Shown: one piece after another, positions 38,601-47,353 of the stretch
Position numbering within the stretch: the first letter of the stretch is position 1
Layout of the letters: each line of letters opens with the position of its first letter
From: Bacteroidota bacterium
GTDB taxonomy: Bacteria; Bacteroidota; Bacteroidia; Flavobacteriales; Schleiferiaceae
Length of the DNA stretch: 64,000 bases
Assembly: GCA_003045865.1 (NCBI GenBank)
Contig: PZPB01000004.1
Location: forward strand, 6,656-70,655
Direction: 5' to 3'
Notes under the pieces: model-generated
Told to the model about the DNA's origin: nothing
The model's input: only the letters and a program-made list of their open reading frames with translations
The model's database searches: none
Made by a program: the position numbers and the translations under genes

Positions 38601-39945
38601 TTTACCGGGTTTTGCGAATAGTCCACAGTTATTTGGTTTAGATAATGCAGGTGGTAATTATGCGCCAGGCTTGTGGTTTACTGTGGGTGGGCAAACTGAT
38701 ATTCGCTCGGCTTCAGTGTCAAACGATTGGCTAGTACGTAATGAGAATTTGAATAATCAGTACCGTCAAACGAGCGCTCGCACCATTAATATGCGCCTTA
38801 CCGCTGAGCCTTTAAACGCCCTACGTATTGTAATTAGTGCGCAAAATAATGCGACTGGAAACTTAGCGGAGTTCTTCCGCTTAGATACGATAGCTGGTGG
38901 CTTTGTTAGCCAAAACACCTTTAATACTCAGACCTTCTCTAGTTCTTGGTTTATGCTGGGTACGGCCTTCGAAACAATTTCTGCGCCCGAGTATAGTTCG
39001 GCTACCTACGATCAGTTTAGAGAGAATCGTCTAATTATTTCCCAACGATTAGCTAATAATTTGGCATCTACTGATTCCATTGCAGGCTATTCTCCTGATC
39101 TAGTAGGTTCAGGTGATTCGTCCAATTTCGGTTACCGCTATTATAGCGTGAGCTCGCAAGATGTAATGATTCCCGCCTTTATTGCGGCTTACTCTGGGCA
39201 AGATGTAAATACTATTGAACTGGGAGCAACGCGAAAAACTCCTTTACCAAACTGGCAAATTACTTACGACGGTTTAACCAAGATGAAGTTCTTTAAAAAT
39301 TACTTCAATAGCTTTACCCTTAGTCATGCCTATCGTTCTACCTATACGGTATCAAGCATGACAACCAATTTGTTTCGTCAGAAGGAGATTCAAGATAACC
39401 CTAATGATGTTCCTTTAGATAATAACGGAGACTTATTACCGCTCAATCAAATTAATGCGGTGAGCCTTTCGGAGCAATTTTCACCTTTAATAGGTATCAA
39501 TACGAAGCTAAAAAACAATATGACTTTACGCGTAGAGTATAAGAGCGATCGTAGCATGATCTTAAGCTTAACCAATAATCAGATTACCGAAAACCGCGGA
39601 AGTGAATGGGTAATTGGTGCGGGCTATATCATAAAGGATGTAAAGTTGAAATTTGTAAGAGTGGGTTCTCGTCGCACCAATCCCGTATCTAACTTAGAGT
39701 TAAGAGCCGATGTAGGTATTCGCGACAATATCATTTTAATCCGCCGCATCATTGAGGAATCCGATCAAGCCACTTCAGGTCAAAGAATTACCACGGTTAA
39801 GGTTTCGGCCGATTACCGCATAAGCCAACGCGTGCAAACCAAGGTTTTCTATGACTTAAATATGTCGCGTTTCAAGACCTCCAATGCCTTCCCATTAACT
39901 ACTAATCAATTTGGAATAAGTGTAAGGTTAAATCTTGGTCAATAA
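32602..39945 (+). CDS. sprA: T9SS outer-membrane translocon SprA/Sov
   Basis: 2447-aa barrel-like protein; FDQRIQMNVTG, NYDTEATF, EVWINELR motifs; ruvA-sprA-gcvH gene order. Confidence 0.95.
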   Translation: MSLKKSYLLLLLALSSVMWFAFTGRRVRTTVRSSVIGKNITLADTNEPDSLKYPFKPGQSGGVYGSNPSNYKEDVVFDANSGNYFVYQRYGRFASKSPIVMTPDEYRNYVARKQALEYWDQKTQSDAAAKAEGRDPESSLIPQIQVNNELFNRVFGSNTIDIRPQGFAELTFGGRFQQIDNPIIPERNRNVFTFNFDQRIQMNVTGSIGEKMKVNVNYDTEATFAFENQVKLEFTGDEDDIVKKLELGNVNLPLNSSLITGAQSLFGIKGQFQFGKLNVTGVFSEQRSQSSSINIQGGATTTEFEIWGDQYEANRHYFLSHYFRDNYEEFQLNAPLITSPVQITKVEVWVTNNRQNTQDTRNIVAFMDLGENRNSAYRNGQIPGPDIFGGAATNSIFPDNLVNTLDPQSLQAQFPGLRNISQVNQVLNAAGFNEATEYVELANARKLNPNEFTFHPQLGYISLNTALNQDEVLAVSFQYTAGGRTFQVGEFSTDGVTPPNNLVVKMLKSFFLDVRLPSWDLMMKNVYSLSAFQVGADDFRLQVMYQNDETGSPVPFLPESNLRSELLLRVMNLDRLNQNNDPFPDGFFDFIPNQTIYPQNGRIFFPVLEPFGSHLANKLDSEEAKDRYVFQQLYDSTRFVAQNETRLNKYLIKGQFKSSSSSEIQLNAFNIPPGSVSVTAGGTRLIEGQDYSVDYNLGRVSILNEGILNSGVPIKVDFENNALFNFQTKTFMGVNAEYRFNENFNLGATLVNLNERPLTQKVNIGDEPISNTIIGMNGSYSQESPFLTRMVDAIPFIDTKEPSNFLVSGEVARIIPGTPRGIEINGEQTTFLDDFESSQTTIDIRNPNAWRLASTPAGQLNLFPEASENSLAYGFNRARLAWYSIDPLFHNDEARTPDNIRSDKDLQSTNPVREVLVNEVFPNLALDPSQPRNVATLDLAFYPKERGPYNYDVEPTIYSAGLNQEGELNDPSSRWGGIMRDITVTNFEEQNIEFIQFWMLNPFVGVDDVPEGGDLYFNLGSISEDILKDGVQAIENSIPVDGDLSKLDSTIWGYASNVRPPVVAFDADPAARDLQDVGYDLLNDQQERIWSYDSAYPNYIQRIVDNLGAGTAAEVQANADPAADNFQYYRGSSLDQASADILERYKRFNNPQGNSNPTPVGGVSAFATNLPDIEDINRDQTLSKTETYFQYRISVRPQDLNQVGENYITDIYTTNSPEQPNGRSYRAQWIQFKIPVFNPDSKVGPINDFRSIRFIRAFLTQFPDDIVVRFARMELVRGEWRRYQFSLDGTRDRLSQDDQDNTVFEVNAVNIEQNGSRQPVPYVLPPGIDRQVLFGTTSANQQNEQALSLRILNLEDGDARAVFRNINFDMRLYKRLRLFSHLESAGDFDDLNNGDLRLFIRLGSDYDLNYYEYEIPLTVTPWGTSATSPELIWPSSNELDFPLNALKEVKLERNAAYQNTGDPLNEPYSAQKAGGRITVVGAPNLGNVRTILIGVRNPKKRLANDPDDGFAKSAEVWINELRLTDFDQDGGWAANARVAAKLADFANVSVTGRTSSIGFGSLDQTVSEFSQEQMYSYDLQSNVELGKFFNKDYGIRIPMFYGTSETWINPRFNPLDPDIEFDQAIENVESPARADSLRQATQDYTRRRSINFTNVRKERKGSKGQKNPQIYDIENFAASYSFSETFRRNINTRFDLNRQHNASLNYTYRTRPKLVKPFSKVSWLQSDYLALVRDFNFYPYPKSFTAIASADRNYTAMQMRNTDAILNDIPPELLGNLDATYNKNFNLNRQYTLLFDLTESLRFDYNARTNARVDELPGAPNTDSNRTEIMRNLEQLGRALNYHQRVTLNWQLPLNKIPLIDFATVSATYNGDYDWQAPSQTTNAAARNSSGTGSDFNLNFGNTIQNNRQLQLNSTLNFTALYAKVPYLKKAQQGSQGEERRRPRGVPRPGRNNPNATNKPEEEKEDEEQSTLDKILMESAKVLMMVKSGSFSYSQSNGQFLPGFANSPQLFGLDNAGGNYAPGLWFTVGGQTDIRSASVSNDWLVRNENLNNQYRQTSARTINMRLTAEPLNALRIVISAQNNATGNLAEFFRLDTIAGGFVSQNTFNTQTFSSSWFMLGTAFETISAPEYSSATYDQFRENRLIISQRLANNLASTDSIAGYSPDLVGSGDSSNFGYRYYSVSSQDVMIPAFIAAYSGQDVNTIELGATRKTPLPNWQITYDGLTKMKFFKNYFNSFTLSHAYRSTYTVSSMTTNLFRQKEIQDNPNDVPLDNNGDLLPLNQINAVSLSEQFSPLIGINTKLKNNMTLRVEYKSDRSMILSLTNNQITENRGSEWVIGAGYIIKDVKLKFVRVGSRRTNPVSNLELRADVGIRDNIILIRRIIEESDQATSGQRITTVKVSADYRISQRVQTKVFYDLNMSRFKTSNAFPLTTNQFGISVRLNLGQ

Positions 39946-39959
39946 CAAAGAAAACTATT

Positions 39960-39967
39960 TACATTTG
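39960..39967 (+). promoter_or_regulatory. -7 element of gcvH
   Basis: TACATTTG. Confidence 0.65.
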
Positions 39968-39984
39968 CCGCAAATAATGATATT

Positions 39985-40365
39985 ATGAATATACCAGCCG
40001 ATTTAAAATATACTAAAGACCACGAGTGGGTGCGCGTTGAAAGTGACGACACCGTAGTGGTAGGCATTACCGATTTTGCCCAAGGAGAATTAGGTGATAT
40101 TGTATTTGTAGAAATTGAAACGGAAGGTGAAAGCCTTGATCGTGAAGAGACTTTTGGTTCCGTGGAAGCGGTAAAAACTGTTTCTGATTTATTTATGCCA
40201 GTATCTGGTGAAGTTTTGGAGTACAACGAAGAAATCGAGTCGAACCCAGAAATAGTAAACAGCGATCCCTACGGTAAAGGCTGGATGGTGAAAATTAAGC
40301 TTAGCGATGCTGCCGAGTTAGAAGATTTGCTTAGCGCAGAAGCGTACCAAGATTTGGTAGGGTGA
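39985..40365 (+). CDS. gcvH: Glycine cleavage system H protein
   Basis: [15 protein letters not shown], lipoyl-Lys motif [16 protein letters not shown]. Confidence 0.97.
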   Translation: MNIPADLKYTKDHEWVRVESDDTVVVGITDFAQGELGDIVFVEIETEGESLDREETFGSVEAVKTVSDLFMPVSGEVLEYNEEIESNPEIVNSDPYGKGWMVKIKLSDAAELEDLLSAEAYQDLVG

Positions 40366-40757
40366 TCACGAAGCTGAAAACCTACAAACTAACATATTAT
40401 ACCCCAGCAATTGTCTGGGGTTTTTTGATTGCCTATTTTACCCTCATGCCAGGTTCTCAGGTGCCAAAGTCTTTGGCCAGCCTAAATGATAAGTGGATTC
40501 ATGGCACTATTTATTTTTTCTCTGCTAGTCTAATAATCTTGGGCCAAGTCCGTTATAATTTCAGAAGGAGCTTAAGCATTAAAGCAGCAATTCTTATTTT
40601 TTTATTCTGTTTGCTTTTTGGGGGGATCATTGAAATCCTCCAGCATGAGTTTGTTTCTCGGCGCCACGGCGATTGGCTAGATTTCTGGGCCAACAATACT
40701 GGTGCTGCAATTAGTGTGCTTTTGTGGTCTTTTACTTTAGGCCGCAAGGCTAAGTAG
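40362..40757 (+). CDS. VanZ-family membrane protein
   Basis: [22 protein letters not shown]. Confidence 0.85.
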   Translation: MITKLKTYKLTYYTPAIVWGFLIAYFTLMPGSQVPKSLASLNDKWIHGTIYFFSASLIILGQVRYNFRRSLSIKAAILIFLFCLLFGGIIEILQHEFVSRRHGDWLDFWANNTGAAISVLLWSFTLGRKAK

Positions 40758-40775
40758 AAACCCAAAATCACCATT

Positions 40776-41501
40776 ATGCAAGAGAAAAAGTCAGCAAAAG
40801 CAAATCTCGAAAACTACCGCCCTATCTTCTTTTTGATTGGTCTAGTGTTTTCCATGTCTTCTTTACTCTATCTTTTTGAAATGAAGATGGAATATCAATT
40901 ACCTTCCATCCCAAAGGAGGATAATGTAACTTATTTAGCAGGGATTGATATTCCGCTTACCTTCCCGGATAAACCCGAGAAGCCAGAGCCTAAGGCAGAA
41001 GAACCTGAGCCGGAGGAGCCGGTAAAGCCCACCGATCGCTTTAAGGAAGTAGATAATACTTTTAAAATTACTGATCGTCCTACTATTGATATTAGCGGAC
41101 TTACGGACATAAGTTCGGAACCTACCGATCCTCTTCCCGTTGAAACTATTGACGCCGTTTTAGTGCAAAACATGGCGCGGCCGATGGAATGTGAGGAACT
41201 GTCGGATAAGTCCGAACAAATGGATTGTTTCAATAAGTGGATTAGTCGTTACCTAGCCGAGGAAACTGTATACCCAGCGCGTCCTCGTAATTTAGGAGTG
41301 GAGGAGAAGCTTTATTTGAAATTCTTAATTTCCGAAACGGGCATGGTAGAAGAAGTAAGCGTTATTCGTGGTCAAGATGAAGACTTAAAACAAGAAGCCA
41401 TTCGTGTTTTAAAGTCAATGCCCAAGTTTAGTCCCGCCTCCCAAATGGGCAATCCAGTAAAGGTCCGTGTAATAGTGCCTGTCAACTTTAAATTACAATA
41501 A
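40776..41501 (+). CDS. tonB: Energy transducer TonB (paralog 1)
   Basis: N-terminal TM, EP/KP-rich linker, YP motif and TonB C-terminal domain. Confidence 0.85.
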   Translation: MQEKKSAKANLENYRPIFFLIGLVFSMSSLLYLFEMKMEYQLPSIPKEDNVTYLAGIDIPLTFPDKPEKPEPKAEEPEPEEPVKPTDRFKEVDNTFKITDRPTIDISGLTDISSEPTDPLPVETIDAVLVQNMARPMECEELSDKSEQMDCFNKWISRYLAEETVYPARPRNLGVEEKLYLKFLISETGMVEEVSVIRGQDEDLKQEAIRVLKSMPKFSPASQMGNPVKVRVIVPVNFKLQ

Positions 41502-41570
41502 TTTTTATGGCTATTGCCTTTGCGCAAGCGCATTTAATTTATTTATATTTACCCACTAGAAAAAATCAGT

Positions 41571-42278
41571 ATGGAACCTAAAAAATCGCCCGAAGCAGAT
41601 TTAGAAAAATCCCGCGGAGTATTCCTCCAGTTTGGGATTGTACTAGCCTTGCTTCTCTCTATTTTCCTAATTGAGTATAAGACTTACGATGAGTCCATTG
41701 CCAATTTGGGAGAGTTAGAAGTGCAAATGGATGATGAAATTATTCCCATCACTCAAAGGGAAGTGGCCCCGCCACCCCCACCACCCCCGCCCCCACCAGA
41801 GGTGATTGAAGTAGTAGAAGATGACGTAGAGCTTGAAGATGAGCTTGAAATGCAAACTACCGAAACCGATATGATGGAAGAAGTAGAGGTGATCGAAATG
41901 GAAGAAGAGGTTTCTGATGAAGTTCTAAGTTTCGCCGTGGTAGAGTCCGTTCCGATTTTCCCGGGATGTGAGGATGCTAAGGACAACGATGAGCGTAAGG
42001 CTTGCTTCCAGCAAAAAGTTCTTGTATTCGTATCTAAAAACTTTGAATTCCCAGAAATGGCGAAGGAAATGGGTATCCAAGGTAGAGTATATGTAAACTT
42101 CGTAATTGAAAAGAATGGTTCTATCACTAATGTAGAAATCGTGAGGGGTGTTGATCCACTTCTTGATGATGAAGCAGTGCGAGTGGTTAAAAAACTACCA
42201 AAATTAATTCCAGCAAAACAAAGAGGAAAGCCAGTAAGAATGAGCTTCACTTTGCCGATAAATGCTAAGCTTCAATAA
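41571..42278 (+). CDS. tonB: Energy transducer TonB (paralog 2)
   Basis: TM anchor, poly-Pro linker, FPEMAKEMGIQGRVYVNFVI...PAKQRGKPV. Confidence 0.92.
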   Translation: MEPKKSPEADLEKSRGVFLQFGIVLALLLSIFLIEYKTYDESIANLGELEVQMDDEIIPITQREVAPPPPPPPPPPEVIEVVEDDVELEDELEMQTTETDMMEEVEVIEMEEEVSDEVLSFAVVESVPIFPGCEDAKDNDERKACFQQKVLVFVSKNFEFPEMAKEMGIQGRVYVNFVIEKNGSITNVEIVRGVDPLLDDEAVRVVKKLPKLIPAKQRGKPVRMSFTLPINAKLQ

Positions 42279-42298
42279 GCTTAAGTTCGTAACTTTAC

Positions 42299-42328
42299 AG
42301 CCACGCTTTTAGCGTGGCTTTTTTTTTT
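42299..42328 (+). terminator. Terminator after the tonB pair
   Basis: AGCCACGCT-TTT-AGCGTGGCT followed by a long T run. Confidence 0.8.
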
Positions 42329-42340
42329 AAAAATATTACC

Positions 42341-43162
42341 ATGGACCATACAGAAATTAAACTTTTAGCCTTCGATGCTATTCTCGCTTCCATCGAAGCA
42401 GGTAAAGAAATTTTAGATGTTTACGAAAGTGCTTTTGAGGTTGAATTAAAGGATGATAAATCACCTTTAACCCTAGCCGATAAGCGTGCACACCATATGA
42501 TTGTGAAAATGTTAAAAGAAACTGGTATTCCTATTCTTAGCGAAGAGGGCCGTTCTTTAGCTTACGATGAACGCAGTCAATGGTCAACTATGTGGATTGT
42601 AGATCCTTTAGATGGTACTAAAGAGTTTATAAAGCAAAACGGTGAGTTTACCGTAAATATCGCACTAGTAGAAAAGGGAGTTCCCATTATGGGGGTAATT
42701 TACGTTCCCGTAGATGAAACCCTTTATTTCGGAGCTGAAGGTTTAGGTGCCTTCCGGGTAGAGAAAGCTGCCCACGTAAAAGAAACCGATAATTTTAGCG
42801 ACTGGATGGATTTGGGTACGGCGCTTCCAGAAAGCCAAGAGCGACCTTATACTATGGTGGGTAGTAGATCGCACATGAGCGATGAAACGGCAGCCTTCTT
42901 CGATGACATTCGTCGTCAGTATCCCGACTCTGAAATTATCAGTAAAGGAAGTAGTTTAAAAATTTGCATGGTAGCAGAAGGTAGCGCGGATGTTTATCCT
43001 CGTTTTGCGCCCACCATGGAATGGGATACCGCCGCTGGTCACGGTATTGCTAAAGGAGCTGGTTTTGAAATTTACCAAGCCAATAGTGATAATTCATTGG
43101 AATACAACAAAGAAGACTTATTAAACCCTTGGTTTATTGTGAAGTCCAAGAACCTAAGTTAG
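42341..43162 (+). CDS. cysQ: 3'(2'),5'-bisphosphate nucleotidase
   Basis: SPLTLAD, LSEE, VDPLDGTKEF, GSSLK, YPRFAPTMEWDTAAG; start set at ATG 42341. Confidence 0.95.
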   Translation: MDHTEIKLLAFDAILASIEAGKEILDVYESAFEVELKDDKSPLTLADKRAHHMIVKMLKETGIPILSEEGRSLAYDERSQWSTMWIVDPLDGTKEFIKQNGEFTVNIALVEKGVPIMGVIYVPVDETLYFGAEGLGAFRVEKAAHVKETDNFSDWMDLGTALPESQERPYTMVGSRSHMSDETAAFFDDIRRQYPDSEIISKGSSLKICMVAEGSADVYPRFAPTMEWDTAAGHGIAKGAGFEIYQANSDNSLEYNKEDLLNPWFIVKSKNLS

Positions 43163-43197
43163 AATCACTCTATTTTGGTGGGCAAGCTGCGTTAACG

Positions 43198-43205
43198 TAT
43201 TTTTG
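43198..43205 (+). promoter_or_regulatory. -7 element of the cyoE/oxidase assembly operon
   Basis: TATTTTTG, 19 nt before the in-frame TTG at 43225. Confidence 0.55.
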
Positions 43206-43224
43206 CACACCAAAATCTTTTCGG

Positions 43225-44127
43225 TTGAACACAGGTGGCGAGGTAAATATTCAAAGTATAACATTGCAGCAAAAAGCGAAAGCAGTTTTAGAGCTTACTA
43301 AAGCTCGACTGAACATGAGCGTGGTCTATTCGGCCTTAGCTGGTTATCTTTTGGGGGCAACTGAAATATCTGGATACATTATTTCTTTAGTTTGTATTGG
43401 TGGTTATTTGGTGGTAGGAGCGGCCAATGGTTTTAATCAGGTTATAGAGCGTGAGCGCGATACTCTGATGGATCGTACTAAAAACCGTCCTTTGCCCACG
43501 GGGCGTCTAAGCCTTTTTGAAGCCATGCTTGCGTGCACCATTATGGCCTTAGTAGGTTTGTGGTTACTCTACCTTATTAATCCATTAACTTTGGGTTTTG
43601 GTGCCTTTGCGCTATTTGTGTATGTATTGGTTTATACACCACTTAAGGCTCATGGCCCAGTAGCGGTATTTGTAGGAGCCTTCCCTGGCGCTATTCCTGC
43701 ACTTTTAGGATGGGTAGCTGCAACGAATGATTTTGATATTGAACCAGGCTTGCTTTTCGCGATTCAGTTTTTATGGCAATTTTCGCATTTTTGGGCCATT
43801 GCGTGGATCGCTGATGATGATTACAAAAAAGCTGATTATGTGCTATTGCCTTCGGGAAATCGCGACCAGAAAAGTGCTATTCAAATTGTTTTATATACGA
43901 GTTTTTTAATACCAGTAAGCCTTTTACCCGCTTTCGGGATGGGAGGAACTTTATTTTTTACTTGGCCCTGGGCCTTGGTAATTGGTATAATGGGCTTTGT
44001 ATTTTTGTTTTTTGCTATTAAGCTGTACCGTTCACACGCTATTGCAGATGCGCGCAAATTGATGTTATACAGTATCATTTACCTGCCTGTACTGCAATTA
44101 TTGTATGTGATCGAAAAATTTATATGA
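43225..44127 (+). CDS. cyoE: Protoheme IX farnesyltransferase (heme O synthase)
   Basis: LTK.R, NQVIERERDTLMDRTKNRPLP, YTPLK, GAFPGAIP, WQFSHF; start codon inferred. Confidence 0.93.
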   Translation: MNTGGEVNIQSITLQQKAKAVLELTKARLNMSVVYSALAGYLLGATEISGYIISLVCIGGYLVVGAANGFNQVIERERDTLMDRTKNRPLPTGRLSLFEAMLACTIMALVGLWLLYLINPLTLGFGAFALFVYVLVYTPLKAHGPVAVFVGAFPGAIPALLGWVAATNDFDIEPGLLFAIQFLWQFSHFWAIAWIADDDYKKADYVLLPSGNRDQKSAIQIVLYTSFLIPVSLLPAFGMGGTLFFTWPWALVIGIMGFVFLFFAIKLYRSHAIADARKLMLYSIIYLPVLQLLYVIEKFI

Positions 44128-44128
44128 C

Positions 44129-44710
44129 GTGGGAACATTAACGAAGGAGGATAAAAAGAAAGTACAGAAGCCATTATTGTGGATTGGTTTAACCAGCATT
44201 GTAATGACTTTTGCAGGTTTAACGAGTGGTTATGTGGTTAGCAGATCGGCCTTAATGGCAGATAATCGCTGGCTAGAATTTCCGCTGCCCGATAGCTTTT
44301 TGTATGCTAGTATTGCCATTGTATTGAGCAGTGTCACAATGATATTAGCCAAAAAATCGGCTAAGGCAGGTATGCGAAAAATAACACTTAACTATTTGGT
44401 AATTAGCTTATTTTTAGGTTTAGCCTTTACCGCTTTTCAGTTTTTAGGCTGGGACGATTTAGTTAGCAGAGGCTTGTATTTTACTGGCGCTGGAAGTAGT
44501 AATTCGGCTAGCTGGGTTTATGTTCTTACTATTTTACATTGGTTACATTTATTTTCGGGTTTGATAGTGTTGGCATACACTATCTACCGCGCTAAAATTG
44601 GTGCTTACACCAAGGAAGATTCTCAGGGACTAACGGTAAGTGCCACCTATTGGCACTTCTTGGATATTCTGTGGATTTATTTATATGTCTTTTTGTTAAT
44701 TATTCGCTAA
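44129..44710 (+). CDS. Cytochrome c oxidase subunit III-like (short copy)
   Basis: MTFAGLTSGY, LHWLH, TYWHFLDILW. Confidence 0.9.
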   Translation: MGTLTKEDKKKVQKPLLWIGLTSIVMTFAGLTSGYVVSRSALMADNRWLEFPLPDSFLYASIAIVLSSVTMILAKKSAKAGMRKITLNYLVISLFLGLAFTAFQFLGWDDLVSRGLYFTGAGSSNSASWVYVLTILHWLHLFSGLIVLAYTIYRAKIGAYTKEDSQGLTVSATYWHFLDILWIYLYVFLLIIR

Positions 44711-44730
44711 ACTTGCAAAAATTTTGATGC

Positions 44731-45654
44731 ATGGCTAACGGTGCTGCTTTAGAACAAAATACCTCTGCACTATGGGGTGGAGGACGTCAACCATTTGGCG
44801 CTAGTTATGGTAAAATGATGATGTGGTTCTTCCTATTATCAGATGCTTTAACCTTTTCAGGCTTTTTAACGGCTATGGGGCTTTACCGCTTCAAGTACGA
44901 AGAAACATGGCCCATTGCGGAAAACGTGTTTACCCACTTTCCCATGCTACACGGAGAGCATCCCCTGCTTTTTGTGGCCTTAATGACCTTTATTCTTATC
45001 CTTAGTTCAGTAACGATGGTGCTAGCGGTAAATGCTGGCCATAAAAACAATCACAATGGCGTGGTACTGTGGATGGGGCTTACTATTGTAGGTGGTTTTA
45101 TGTTCTTAGGCTCACAGGCTTGGGAATGGTACCACTTTATCAATGGCGATAAAGGTGCTATTCAGCTAGAAAATAATGCAATCGTATACTTAACTAAAGC
45201 TGGTTCGGAAGGTAAAATCCTTAGTGTTTACGAATTAGTTACAGGAGTCGAAAAACCACACGGCGATCATACCGAGTTTTCTACCGGTGATGTAGTAAGT
45301 GCCTTCGGTCTTAACACTGATGTGACTTTACGTTACCCTGGAAAAGCAGAAACAACCATGACGCGCGAAGAAGCCGTGAAGGCCTTTCAAACCGCTAAGC
45401 TGATTCAAGGAGCGAGTTTACGCGAAAACGAATACGGTAATGTCTTATTTGCCGACTTCTTCTTCTTTGTAACTGGATTCCACGGAACGCACGTATTCTC
45501 TGGTGTGGTACTAAATATTATCATTTTCATTAATGTATTGATGGGTACTTACAAACAAAGAGGTCACTACGAAATGGTAGAAAAGGTTGGTCTTTACTGG
45601 CACTTTGTAGATTTAGTATGGGTATTCGTATTTACCTTCTTCTATTTGGTTTAA
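44731..45654 (+). CDS. Cytochrome c oxidase subunit III-like (copy with soluble insertion)
   Basis: KMMMWFFLLSD, TGFHGTHV, GLYWHFVDLVW. Confidence 0.92.
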   Translation: MANGAALEQNTSALWGGGRQPFGASYGKMMMWFFLLSDALTFSGFLTAMGLYRFKYEETWPIAENVFTHFPMLHGEHPLLFVALMTFILILSSVTMVLAVNAGHKNNHNGVVLWMGLTIVGGFMFLGSQAWEWYHFINGDKGAIQLENNAIVYLTKAGSEGKILSVYELVTGVEKPHGDHTEFSTGDVVSAFGLNTDVTLRYPGKAETTMTREEAVKAFQTAKLIQGASLRENEYGNVLFADFFFFVTGFHGTHVFSGVVLNIIIFINVLMGTYKQRGHYEMVEKVGLYWHFVDLVWVFVFTFFYLV

Positions 45655-45678
45655 TTTTTACAATAAAACATTTTTCAG

Positions 45679-46032
45679 ATGTCAGATCATAGCAATAATC
45701 CTAGCGAACACCACGACGGACCAGAAGGTACCGCTTGGATTTGGAAAGTATTTTGGATTCTCTTAGCCGTTACTACTGTAGAAGTAGCTCTCGGTATTAT
45801 TAAGCCTGAAATATTATTAAGCCAGTTTTTAGGCACCTCTTTGTTGAACGTTATCTTCATCGTTTTAACTCTTGCTAAGGCTTATTACATTGTAGCAGAG
45901 TTTATGCACTTAGGACACGAGCGTAAGAACTTCATTTGGACCATTACTTTGCCTATCGTAATATTAATTCCTTATCTAACCTTTGTCCTGTTAACAGAAG
46001 GCGGATACATGGGCGTATTGATGAATCAATAG
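45679..46032 (+). CDS. Cytochrome c oxidase subunit IV family protein
   Basis: L.VTTVEV, KAYYIVAEFMHL; three TM helices. Confidence 0.88.
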   Translation: MSDHSNNPSEHHDGPEGTAWIWKVFWILLAVTTVEVALGIIKPEILLSQFLGTSLLNVIFIVLTLAKAYYIVAEFMHLGHERKNFIWTITLPIVILIPYLTFVLLTEGGYMGVLMNQ

Positions 46033-46776
46033 ATGAACAAAAACACACCATCTAAGAAGGCAGTTTTAGTAGTTTTACTAATACTGCCTTCTTTGTTTTA
46101 CTTAATCTTTGTTTACGGAGCCGAAGGAAATTTCTTCAAAACCCTTGATTATGTTGGGCCAAAGGAAATTGTGCAGGTAGAAAAAGATGGGCAACTGGTA
46201 AATGATACCATTCCCTATGTGATACCCGATTTTGAATTTATAAATCAAGAGGATACTACCTTAAGTTCCGCCGAAATGCGCGGGAAGGTATATGTAGCCA
46301 ATTTCTTCTTTAGTTCTTGTCCTACCATTTGTCCGGCCATGAACTATAATTTGAAGCAAGTACAGGATCGCTTTCTCGGATATGAGGACATATACTTTTT
46401 ATCCTTTACGGTAGATCCAGAATACGATAGTCCTGCAGTGCTCAAAGTATATGAAGAGAAAATTGGAGCCGTAAATGGTCGCTGGTTTTTTCTAACGGGC
46501 GAAAAAGAAGCTCTTTATAAAACGGCTCGTGACTTTTTTGTCAACGCTATGGAAGACTCTACCGCGGCAGGTGGCTTTTTACATTCGGAGTATATGGTAA
46601 TTGTTGATTGGGAAGGTAGAATTCGTAGTAGAATTGATGAACAAGGGAACTTAAAAGCGGTTTATAATGGCACAAGTCCCGATGAAGTCAATAAACTGAA
46701 GGACGATGTTAAAGTGCTTATTGCGGAGTATGAAAAGCATAAATCCGTAACCGAGTATCGCGAGTCAAAAAAATAG
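46033..46776 (+). CDS. SCO1/SenC copper chaperone
   Basis: FFFSSCPTICP, TVDPEYD, distal His in FLHSE. Confidence 0.93.
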   Translation: MNKNTPSKKAVLVVLLILPSLFYLIFVYGAEGNFFKTLDYVGPKEIVQVEKDGQLVNDTIPYVIPDFEFINQEDTTLSSAEMRGKVYVANFFFSSCPTICPAMNYNLKQVQDRFLGYEDIYFLSFTVDPEYDSPAVLKVYEEKIGAVNGRWFFLTGEKEALYKTARDFFVNAMEDSTAAGGFLHSEYMVIVDWEGRIRSRIDEQGNLKAVYNGTSPDEVNKLKDDVKVLIAEYEKHKSVTEYRESKK

Positions 46777-46787
46777 CCTTTACAGAG

Positions 46788-47348
46788 ATGGGGAAAATCA
46801 AAAATTTGAAGCAAGAAAAGAAGAATAGCGATCGGGTAATGATACCCATCATTATTGCCCTTTCTATTTTGGTACCGGTAGCGGTGGCCCTACTTATTAT
46901 CTTCCCAGAAGTATTTTCAGCTGATTTAGGGATCGATAGAGGTACACTGCCCGCTTTTCACGCTGTTTTAAATGGTACTACCGCAGCTCTTTTACTGTTG
47001 GGTTTGTTTTTTATTATGCAAAAGAAAGTAGACGCACATCGTGCGGTAATGCTGGGTGCCTTTGGTCTTTCTGCGGTTTTTTTAGTGTCTTATGTTATTA
47101 GTAAAGTTAATGCAGATCCGATCCCTTTCGGAGGAGAAGGCTTTATAAGGAGCTTGTACTTCTTTATCCTAATTTCACATATACTTTTAAGCGTTCCTGT
47201 CTTACCTTTAGCAATGTTTGCTATTTATCGCGGTTGGACTCAAGAGTATTCTAAGCACAAGAAAATTGTGCATTATACTTTTCCTATTTGGCTCTACGTA
47301 GCGGTAACAGGAGTGTTGGTTTATTTTTTTATGAGACCTTATTATTAG
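46788..47348 (+). CDS. DUF420 (CtaM/YozB-like) membrane protein
   Basis: HAVLNG, FLVSY, YFFILISHI, HKKI...PIWLYVAVTG. Confidence 0.88.
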   Translation: MGKIKNLKQEKKNSDRVMIPIIIALSILVPVAVALLIIFPEVFSADLGIDRGTLPAFHAVLNGTTAALLLLGLFFIMQKKVDAHRAVMLGAFGLSAVFLVSYVISKVNADPIPFGGEGFIRSLYFFILISHILLSVPVLPLAMFAIYRGWTQEYSKHKKIVHYTFPIWLYVAVTGVLVYFFMRPYY

Positions 47349-47353
47349 TCCTT

